From a virus (lineage: Duplodnaviria > Caudoviricetes): a DNA stretch of 31,132 nt. Shown here in pieces: positions 20,501-27,500 of the stretch. The position numbers and the translations under genes were made by a program. The notes beneath the pieces are model-generated. The model saw only the letters and a list, made by a program, of their open reading frames with translations. It made no database searches and was not told the origin of the DNA. Numbering within the stretch: the first letter of the stretch is position 1; every line of letters starts with the position of its first letter. Location: IMG/VR virus record IMGVR_UViG_3300033415_000013, positions 1 through 31,132 of that record; one strand, written 5' to 3'.

Positions 20501-22258
20501 GAGGCCAGCGTAGTAGGTGGTGTAGTTGACCCCTCTACCTCGGTCATCCACGGCTACAAGACCACAGACCACGCTGATGTCTTGCGTGATTACATTGACA
20601 ACTTGGCAGGGTACATCTCCAAGGCTGAGACAAACGAGAAGTTGTTTGAAATCTTCGAGACGCAGAAGGATGGCAAGAAAGTCTTCGAGCGAACCAACCG
20701 TGAGACGCTGGGTGCCTACAAGGAGGCCCGTGAGCTCATCAAGAACATGAACCAGAAGCACGATACCATCTACCGCACGACGAGGTTCATCAACGCCATG
20801 CAGTTCCACGCTCACATCGGGCTTAGGGTGGGGTCTGCTATCTGGAACAAGACCCACATTCATATTGCTGGTGCTGGCTCCTTGCACACGGAGATGAAGA
20901 AAGCAGGGAAGAAGGACATGCCCAGCATGCTCAACCTCAGCAAGCAGTTCATGGCAAACGACATCTCGGCTATGAAGTTCCAGATTGCCATGTCGAAGAA
21001 ACCCGCTGGTGACACTGAGGCAAAGGTGACGCTCTCAGAGATGGGCTGGGGTCAAGAGAAGGCCAAGCTCCTCGACGCTATGAACGCCTACTTCAGAACA
21101 GCTCAAGGTACTACCCTGAGTGAGCAGATCTGGGGAGATCAGGTGGCCCGTCAAGACGGCATACCTAAATCCATGTGGGGCTGGTACAAGAAAGCCTCTG
21201 GGTTCTTCATGCACCACTCGGAAATCTCGAACAAGTTGGCCAGCTTTATGACCCATTACGATAACATGGGAGGCAACGCCAAGGACGCAGCTTACTTCGT
21301 GAGGTTGCTCAACGGTAGCTACGAAGACTTCAACATGCCGGGGTACTTGACTGGCTCAGGGCTTAGTGGAGCTGCGTTCAAGATAATGCTCAACACCTTT
21401 AGAACCCATGTGGTCAACTACTACGGCCTGCTCGGTAACATGTGGAAGCACGACCCCGCAGCCTTTGCATACACCATGGCAGCAGCTACCTTGATGGCTG
21501 GGGTTCCTGGTAAGGAACTCTTCGAGCAACTGGTGAAGCTGATCTACGGTGTGGCTGGCGAGAACGATCCGTTCAAGGGTAGCATCGACACTTGGATGGA
21601 AGACCAGTTCGGTTCGTCCATGGCCAAGGGTATAAAGGGTGGTATGTTCAACTGGACAGACATCACTGACCCAAGCATGACCATTGGCATCAGTGCTCAC
21701 CCACTCTACGAAGGCTTCAAAGTTCTACTGGGCCAAGGTAGTGAGACAGCACTGGCTGCACCTTTCACTGGGTTCTACAAGGCTGCAACGGGGCAGGTTC
21801 CCTTCTACAAGATCGTACCCATCAGGGGACTGCAAGCAACCTATCAAGCATTCTACGAGAGCGACGCATTTGGTTTCGGTACTCAGGTTGAGGTCGGTGC
21901 AAGGCGAGTCTTTAACTCAGACGGGACACCGATGAAGCTGGCTCCATGGGAGGCTGCGATGGTTGCAGCGGGGGTAGCCCCTGCCCACAGGTCAAGAGTA
22001 GGTAGCTCTATCTACGAGGGCTCACAGGTAAACCAGTTCTGGAACGATTGGAAGACGAGCATCTTGACTGACGCAGAGGAAGCCAAGACAGCGGTTGAAA
22101 GGATGAAGGTGAACGCTCAGATGAGCGAGTTCAACAAAGCCCTCGGTGAAGCCTTGCAGAGCCCAGCCTACAAGGGTGTCATCAGGGCTAAGCCTGTAAG
22201 ATGGGCTGACACCAAACGGTCACGAGGGAAGGTAACAATGAAAGAGGAGCAGGAATGA
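14561..22258 (+). CDS. Giant polyvalent-type ejection protein (2565 aa) with zincin metallopeptidase-like and ADP-ribosyltransferase-like domains
   Basis: GAY.NGTIYINAD...LFHESLGH...AEEVWA (HExxxH zincin, His at 18434); NFQKWFDGSKVVGEDGKPLVMYHGT...IMPIYLSIKKP...GFDGI...NQVKSATGNNGEFDPANPDIRY (ART-PolyVal-like, 18863-19456); SD GAGGA. Confidence 0.85.
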   Translation: MANFTDALIYAQQKGVPHLAKDFYQRRQFAEAQESGMLLDEISPIVSNILATHISQPGDFSKSVKMFTKDIFSLGAGDGGATEQLRASTNFDIKQLMKTSTGVSQLEAVMKPSDALAGGVNEEEQDGFIWGNIKRGFENNLGMAKLMSGMLASGVGVDSLGEALEASAQNNFAQAEKFAKSESFDEDPLSWAGQVILEGVPDIAMTLLSAGTAGLAVGGAKMLGGNAAKKAVREGLEASLKKGLVGEGAEAVAKATVKDEVVDAVTSVGLKDAFMAKGRKAYVDNVLKVAKKSGAEFDEDMLKDFVLKGARSRALTSSSTAAMAGGFTWGALTTDGDIAKDLYDEAANLRQARVEQLLQSIPAERRTEAQLAKANEQAKKEISDPTLGDMGVAALVAPLTDSIVPYMVGKQLGIFKGSKVSTVLREMGKTDAGKKMLRSLPAAVARGAIPEGFTEMAQGAMAESAKYDFIKQYETQGLTKEQAMSWAYYMLRPEAKARYLTEFAGGALMGGVLGGIASKFEKAPAAEGEPEAPAVVTPEEAAFLADPNNWIDNINQIFGEGEKPAWSEKAQEMATKGAAIKTERDEQMKPTEAQQGAIAALEADRKKIETKKGKKYTEEKRAEDLAAIDQKIESEKTKIAGANDKLLQLQAAEIDLEAQVAEETLPEAKKILQTKLDATKNAIAIEKIKRIELDRTEGYFEPLKPLMEKIKKTKERTDLTEEEKTGLVNAYTGELKTKIAGLDTEMAMKETAKKEADRVDDLNNRKDFLEPEESVELQFYNFKSKPGITPSTAALLAFESSPENTPEFIFKQISEADLTAATKEGGKITPEKVQAIREKFAPPAETETLTQEEKDRMLIDKAMGPGAYDKMIPEARAEKLAEIRANIQGSIDATKTAPEAPKATTDAYTDYLTLTDDGMSESEAASQVFAQYGEDTPQDVIDTMSDDDLNKVAKEYPETFDAVSKVRRARVAKTRFTPKTKVGGAGVATPEAPKRNTKSPQEIWNSGGLITKDGKEIKNVSVSRAELRKLAKESGGDGQGHAGEYLAKFGEDWENAPEIWAQYQSDLKALEDFEAGRKVVELPKAERATATETQITQEEPDEVASDRGTAEAKRRAQKAADERATAEAEEVVKLLDTLMVASSSTMYTPDETMKAKENFINALKKLGFRNRIATNLQPNEILQALVEKDVLEVSNAQISFLANMIENQEGEGAQFARPVGDQQVSKGTTIEALKTWLDGNKPAFLANAKVEVVTTDKFPDGGKDWQGAYSNGTIYINADTMTEAEMKKILFHESLGHAVARTILGKDYDGAMKTIISEMKKVLVGGKDVMIGDTSLKALLKTYEDKLYKNGEIDPLVAEEVWAKYIEAHVEGKLKNRNLFFRILEKLREMFRQFRGNEVSRLSTVEALAARAVRLAELNALDMTSIMSPEVRAANFQKWFDGSKVVGEDGKPLVMYHGTVSNFTETDGTAMWGTPSIEHAEMYSGGNATSYGSIGENIMPIYLSIKKPFDADSLPKQTTVSEFANELAKQGSTDLDKKKMLANIRKLRSMDLNKKDNPKHGILDFWYKTEQFFGPEGWDVIKEMIKDAGFDGIKLTELKNTTYAALDSNQVKSATGNNGEFDPANPDIRYARKVNPEDPKLTKQRGERIYNKDVQDGVRLFTIAVPKMLETQVAYMKDAFKRDDLNIVDRFLQAKQWAYEKAEQLGIPELKQMFKVAVDASDRRREINNTLSVMARPFITASREDQNAVGKVITQGDIEGKTYTNAAEAKLTEQQFKQYQAIRKTLDESRNIQVEGIQKVVDLLKSKIANQEAANPNITKQIKELTATIGALKSIKGFFPRVRPEGAEYQVTYIENGKLHSVLVEGKGEAGRAAAKRLMNELEARGIKDVGEGKKEGDLTDKTYLTRGVDLKFWEADDMTTRDIADISSILGSVLRGEDGKLPPGYDEMIKSLFFSKGFQKHYLRRTKVSLGDAARGSSLEASVVGGVVDPSTSVIHGYKTTDHADVLRDYIDNLAGYISKAETNEKLFEIFETQKDGKKVFERTNRETLGAYKEARELIKNMNQKHDTIYRTTRFINAMQFHAHIGLRVGSAIWNKTHIHIAGAGSLHTEMKKAGKKDMPSMLNLSKQFMANDISAMKFQIAMSKKPAGDTEAKVTLSEMGWGQEKAKLLDAMNAYFRTAQGTTLSEQIWGDQVARQDGIPKSMWGWYKKASGFFMHHSEISNKLASFMTHYDNMGGNAKDAAYFVRLLNGSYEDFNMPGYLTGSGLSGAAFKIMLNTFRTHVVNYYGLLGNMWKHDPAAFAYTMAAATLMAGVPGKELFEQLVKLIYGVAGENDPFKGSIDTWMEDQFGSSMAKGIKGGMFNWTDITDPSMTIGISAHPLYEGFKVLLGQGSETALAAPFTGFYKAATGQVPFYKIVPIRGLQATYQAFYESDAFGFGTQVEVGARRVFNSDGTPMKLAPWEAAMVAAGVAPAHRSRVGSSIYEGSQVNQFWNDWKTSILTDAEEAKTAVERMKVNAQMSEFNKALGEALQSPAYKGVIRAKPVRWADTKRSRGKVTMKEEQE

Positions 22259-23409
22259 GCCAAACGAGAGCAGATGTTTTAACGGTGCTGAACGCATTGG
22301 TCAGCGACCCAAGAGACCAGAAGTGGACCCCGGCTCAGAAGAACCACGCCATCAACCAAGCGTTGCAAGATGTGGTCAGCTCAGAGTCCATCCCTTATGT
22401 GAGGACCACCAGCATTTCACTACGGGATCGTGAGTACACCTACGAGTTCCCCGAGGATATGCTTGAGCCGATTGCCATGATGTTTCAAGACATCGAGGGC
22501 CAAGTGATTATGAGCTCAGGGTGGAAGTCCCTGCTTCAGAGTACCGACTTCGGGTTCTTCAACCAGAGTTCAGACTCAAGCGCATTCTGGCAACAGGCAA
22601 GGGATCTATCAGGACATATCACTCTGCGAGACATCGTGAGTGACAACCAGTTTATCTTCGTGCCTTACTACGAGGCAGAGGATCATACCAGTGCCACGGT
22701 AACACGGAGCTCAACCATGCCGACTTCTGCCAGCGAGGGTGAGGTGTGGGTGGATCAGTTCGAGAACGAGAACCTCATCTACGCTTGCAGCGAAACCTAC
22801 CAGACTACGACGGATCAGGCCAGCATTACCATATCCACGGACTACCTACCGGGTACCGTGGATTTGGTGATGACCTACGATGTGGCCGTGGTGAAATATG
22901 TGGAGGTGGTTCTGGTGGATGGAGGAGCCAGTGGTACTTCCTCGGTTGCCATCACAGGCGACGCTGACAGCAGGAGCAACCCGCTGACCTACACCTTCAC
23001 GCTTTACGAGAACAACAACTCGAACGACGACATCATAGCCTTGGCCCCGGCAAACCTTACGATCACTGGGGCTAGTTCTACGAGAGGGGAGATTATACCT
23101 ACGGTCTTCGAGCTTGAAAACCCTGCTGCTGCCAAATGGATTCAGCAAGTTTTGCACCTGCGATATGTAGCTATCTTCCCCAGACTTAACACTGACGAGG
23201 ATACGCTACCGTCTGAACTGCCAGTTCTTATCAGAGAGGGTGACTGCTTGGCTTATATCGCAGCCTACAAACTACTGATCTCAGTTAAGGGAGATGAGAG
23301 GCTTTTGATTATGAGCAGGGAATACCGCAAGGAAGCTCAGGATATTCTCAACAGGTGCCGTAGGCATAGGAGTGGCAACATGCCACCCTTCGACCTCAGT
23401 CCTGCGTGA
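22255..23409 (+). CDS. Head-tail adaptor-like protein with central insertion (384 aa)
   Basis: N-terminal LVSDPRDQKWTPAQKNHAINQALQDV...YEFPEDML and C-terminal LRYVAIFPRL...CLAYIAAYKLL helices resemble podoviral adaptor proteins; ATGA overlap with giant gene. Confidence 0.65.
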   Translation: MSQTRADVLTVLNALVSDPRDQKWTPAQKNHAINQALQDVVSSESIPYVRTTSISLRDREYTYEFPEDMLEPIAMMFQDIEGQVIMSSGWKSLLQSTDFGFFNQSSDSSAFWQQARDLSGHITLRDIVSDNQFIFVPYYEAEDHTSATVTRSSTMPTSASEGEVWVDQFENENLIYACSETYQTTTDQASITISTDYLPGTVDLVMTYDVAVVKYVEVVLVDGGASGTSSVAITGDADSRSNPLTYTFTLYENNNSNDDIIALAPANLTITGASSTRGEIIPTVFELENPAAAKWIQQVLHLRYVAIFPRLNTDEDTLPSELPVLIREGDCLAYIAAYKLLISVKGDERLLIMSREYRKEAQDILNRCRRHRSGNMPPFDLSPA

Positions 23410-23575
23410 TGTGTTCACTCTCCTTGTAGCCACAGTAGCACACACCCCTTGCACCATTAACGGCAAGTAGGTTCTCTGCGTAAATACCGCAGGCTTTACT
23501 TGGTCTTTTTATGCCCCAGCTTCCTTTATCCATTGGATCTGGCTCACCTTTCTTTTTAAGCACAACATTAACCAC
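23396..23575 (-). CDS. Small hypothetical protein with Cys/His motif (59 aa)
   Basis: GTG at 23575 with GGAGAG upstream, overlapping the stop of the upstream gene; C...CYCG....H; 3' end overlaps the convergent adaptor gene by 14 nt. Confidence 0.55.
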   Translation of the reverse strand: MVNVVLKKKGEPDPMDKGSWGIKRPSKACGIYAENLLAVNGARGVCYCGYKESEHITQD

Positions 23576-24023
23576 GAATCTCTCTCCACATAAACATCTT
23601 CTCACCTTCAGATAGCTCTGAGGTACGAGGTGCAAGTTGCCCTCGGGCACCAAAATACCTGGTGATACCCACAACCCAATCTTTCAGGCTTACACCTTTT
23701 GGTGGGGCTCCAGCTCTGTTAATTCTGTGACAGACTTTACTCCTAAACTCAGAGACTAGCATGTCAGCCACAAACTTTGTTTCAACATTAGCTTTGTCAT
23801 AGCCTTTTGTTTCGCTGAAACATCTACACTGTATTTTTAATATATGCTGTTGAGCTAGCGGGTCTGAGACAGACGGAGACAGATATGATAAGTCTATTGC
23901 TGGCTTAGTTAGGCACAGTGGGCATTCGTAGTTTACCTGTGCCGTGTCCGGTGTGAACTTCTTGTACCCAAAATTATGCCTAGCATTAAAAGGTTCTTCG
24001 CCTCTCTTTCGTGGCTCTGTCAT
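23568..24023 (-). CDS. Hypothetical protein with CPLC...CRC motif (about 151 aa)
   Basis: ATG at 24023 just after the upstream stop; start uncertain (track uses 24053). Confidence 0.65.
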   Translation of the reverse strand: MTEPRKRGEEPFNARHNFGYKKFTPDTAQVNYECPLCLTKPAIDLSYLSPSVSDPLAQQHILKIQCRCFSETKGYDKANVETKFVADMLVSEFRSKVCHRINRAGAPPKGVSLKDWVVGITRYFGARGQLAPRTSELSEGEKMFMWREIRG

Positions 24024-24030
24024 AGTGAGG

Positions 24031-24261
24031 CTACAAGCTACGACGGTCTTCAAAATCAGAGAACTTCCAATGCTTGCCTTGGCAGATATGAAGCACAGTC
24101 TCTAGGTTGCCTGTCTTGAAGTTCTTCTGACGCATAGGCTCGCTTAACTGAGGGCACCATTCACCACAGGGGGTACTACCAGTTAAGGGGCAGTGCATAT
24201 CTACCCATCGTTGGCCCCGCTTGATTTCGAGGTTGCCCTCTGCGTTTAGTTTACCTTCCAC
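24031..24261 (-). CDS. Hypothetical Cys-rich protein (76 aa)
   Basis: GTG start with AAGGAG upstream; HCP...CGEWCP...IC. Confidence 0.7.
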   Translation of the reverse strand: MEGKLNAEGNLEIKRGQRWVDMHCPLTGSTPCGEWCPQLSEPMRQKNFKTGNLETVLHICQGKHWKFSDFEDRRSL

Positions 24262-24580
24262 TCGTTTGCTCCTTGAGTTTTAAGATCTCTATGTCACGCT
24301 CTAATAGCTTTTCTTCAAGCTTTCTAATCCAGTTCTCGTAATGAGACATGACATATTCTATAGCCATTGGCTCCCACAGCTTAACACCACCTAAACCCCT
24401 AGCCATCTCTGGATCTGTCACAGACAAGGTTTTGCATCCGTTGTCTCTAGCTACTCTGCGAGATTCTTCTGTACAGTGACACACAAGGTAGCCATCTTTG
24501 AATTTCTTAGTGGCTTCGGCAAGCGTGTATGTAACCCCAGAAGCTCTAGGGTAGCAAGTCAGTGCTCTAAAATTCTTCAT
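24251..24580 (-). CDS. Hypothetical protein (109 aa)
   Basis: ATG 3 nt after polymerase stop with AAGGA upstream; C-terminal coiled coil. Confidence 0.7.
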   Translation of the reverse strand: MKNFRALTCYPRASGVTYTLAEATKKFKDGYLVCHCTEESRRVARDNGCKTLSVTDPEMARGLGGVKLWEPMAIEYVMSHYENWIRKLEEKLLERDIEILKLKEQTSGR

Positions 24581-24583
24581 ACA

Positions 24584-27500
24584 TCAGTCCTTCACAAAGA
24601 AATTACCAATCCAACCAGCACTTTTAACTGGCAAACCTTTTGCCCAAGCTGGAGTCATATTCATTATCTCAGTCATTTTGTCAAATGTCTTCTGAGCATC
24701 TTCTTCCCGAACCAAGCACACGCATTCATCGTGTATCAACATACATGCAGGTATCCCAGCTTCACGCAACCTAAGAGAAATGTCACGCATGATGCAGGCA
24801 GAGAACGCCTGAACACAGTGCCCGAAGATCGCCCCGCCCCATGTCCTAGTCTTATGCCAGCCCTGAGCTTTTTTATCTTCAGCACCGTAGGTCATGTAGG
24901 TGATCTCCTTGCCGTAGTTCCCCGGCTCTAGTCTGGCTCCCCAGTAGGTAAGCACTCGCTCACTTGGTAGCCTGAGCATGAGGTTCTTGCCATCGTGCAG
25001 GAACTTAATCGGGTTGGTAGGGGTGTTGACCAGAGTCACGATGCCCGGAGTTTCAATAGCACCCTTGGCTGCGTCATCTATCAGCTTCCACATTTCCTTG
25101 ACTTCAGGGAACATCTGCTTGTGAAGATCCCAAATACCAGTACCTTCAGCCTCCGTCAACGATCTTCCTTGGGTTGCACACAAAGCTACCAGCGTTTTAA
25201 CCCCAATACCATAGTTGCAGTTATGAACTATCATCGGGCCTAAGCCTGTCATAACCATGAACCTATGTCTTGGGCCTGCGTTTTTTACGTCCAATGTACG
25301 CTTCACTTTCACGAATAATTTCATCTGCTGTAAGACCTCTTCTGTAGCGTGACATGACGAGCCCTGCATGCGGGAACCTCGGAGTGAACATTCTCCAGAA
25401 CTTCTCGACCCGATACGGCTCACCTTGGTATTCGATCCAGTTATTTTTAGTTCTGTACTGTTCAGCAATAATTTCTTCAGAAGACATGCCAGCAACGATT
25501 TTTTTATAAATTGTGGTAGAACAAGCGTACTGCGGTGCGAGCTCCCTGTGAAACTCGGTTGATGTGTACAACCTACCTTTGTATTCGACTTTTTTATTCT
25601 TTTCAATGTTGTTTGCCTGCTGTGTTCTAGTAGCGAGTCTAAGATTTCCAACAGCGTAGTCACCATCATTGTTGATTCTGTCGAGTTCAAGTGACGTATT
25701 TTCGTGGTTGTCAAGCGTTCGTATGTATGACATGAAATCTCTACGGCTCTTGAAACCAACCTTAATACCTCTTCCTCCGTATCTGTGGAACACTGGGTTT
25801 CTAGGGTCGTAGCATCTGCTGTAAATGGCAGCAACCCTGATAACCCAGACACGCCTAAGTCCTCGGTCTGGGAATATGTCGTAGTATTTTGACTGAGTGA
25901 TATGAGATTTTTTACTTCCACATTTGTTGCACCTAGTGGTTCTCCCAGCAACGACATTGCAGAAGTCAACTGTAGTCTCAACTCCGCAAGAGCATCTACA
26001 TTGTAGTTTGTGGACACCACCCTTTGGCCCTTTAACATGGCCAATAACTGTGAGCTCGCCAGTGACAGTGCCGATTGTAAAGTCTTCATGTTTAGGTCTT
26101 TTATTTCTTCCCATATGTTTTCCTCAGTAAGAATTTTATGGTCTGCCGTAAATGGTAGCCAGTAGTCACATGCTACAGGCTTTTTTCCCATGTCAATAGC
26201 ACCTTCACACGGCACAAACTCAACACCATCAAACACCCTATGCTCTGCTGTGATGTCCTCAATCTTCACCCAACCTACGCTGGTAAGAACTGGGGTTCCT
26301 TCTGCGACACACGACAGAAGCCCCTGCTTCCCGGCAAACCTATCCATGCCTAGCTTGTTGGCGAAGATCATGTAAGGCTCTTCACCTCGACCAGCGTCAA
26401 AGTCATGGAACATCTGAAGGTTCCTTGCCATCGCTACCCAGAATGCCCCCCTTGCCTCGATAGCTGCAAGGTCACGCTGAACGAACACCCAACCTTTAGG
26501 TGCTGCAAACATGGTGCGGATGGAGGTACGCAAGGCATCCATCGGTCGCATCCCTGACTTCAGGTACAGCCCGTCAACATCTCTGGCACGGATTAACTCC
26601 CGAAGCTCAGCTATAACCTTGAGCTGTGCCTTCTCACCACGGGGCAGGTTCTGGATCTGCACACCCTGCGAGGTCCAGCGACCTGTCCTAATGGCACCGT
26701 GATGCCTGTAAGATCCACGTAGGTAGCCATCATCATCAGTGAAGTTCACCAGTGCATCGAACTTACTCACAGAGCTTGAGCCTACGCCCATGGCTTTTAT
26801 CTCCAGCAGGTCTTTCACTGGCCCCGGTAAAGCAGGGTCGTCAAGTGCATCTGCTACATGCTCCTTATCTGTGCTGACTAAGGTGTAGCCGAAGTTCTTG
26901 GCAAAGGCTTTGATCTGAGCATGAGATTTCAGGTTGATGTCAGGGTACATCGCCTTAAGCTCAGCACCTACAACCTCGTTCATCTCACGGGCAGACAGCA
27001 CCAGTTCCGTGTCAACAGGAATCCCCGTGATGTTAATTGCCAGCGTCTCTTGGTAGCACCTAAGCTCGTAGGGTGGCAAGGGTCTGAGCTTCTCAAGAGC
27101 CTCAGCCTCGCACTCGATGTCAGCAATGCAGTAGGTACACAAGCGTTCCATTTTCTCGTGATCGTACAAATATGTACCATCTTCTCTTTGCTTTGACATC
27201 TTCACCATGAGGTCGTGGCCTTCCTTGTCTTTGACTACCGTGAAGGCAGCAGCGTTAGAGAGCTTATCAAGGCCAGCAGGTAGCCCACTGTAAAGCCCCT
27301 GAACCTGAATGCAGTACATCTGGCTGGGTCTTAGCTCAACGCCCCAGCACTGGGTGTAGATCAGGTACTCGAACTCTGCGTTGTATGCAAAGACAACCTC
27401 GTCTTCTTTAGGAATAAACGGAGCTTTGTCGCTTGGCTTGTCAAATAACCATAACCTCTTATCAGAGCGATCAACAACAAACCCACGGTCATCAATCCTA

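Larger units (their letters stand above)
25220..26311 (-). mobile_element. Intein (364 aa) in PolA motif B
   Basis: Begins CVAEGTPVLTSVGWVKIEDI (block A), has FTADHKILT (block B), ends TLDVKNAGPRHRFMV...MIVHN followed by Cys+1. Removal restores KQGLLSCNYG. Confidence 0.95.

Noticed and set aside
24476-24931. 151-aa + strand ORF opposite the polA 3' end
   Set aside because: Antisense to conserved motif C and the next gene; no motifs or expression signals.
25263-26114. Reading the polA insertion as a group I intron or a frameshifted pseudogene
   Set aside because: The polA frame is uninterrupted and bounded by complete intein motifs (Cys1, TxxH, His-Asn, Cys+1), so protein splicing explains it.
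26980-27180. 66-aa alternative-frame ORF inside polA
   Set aside because: No convincing SD, no motif and no evident codon distortion, unlike the ORF at 27361-27639.
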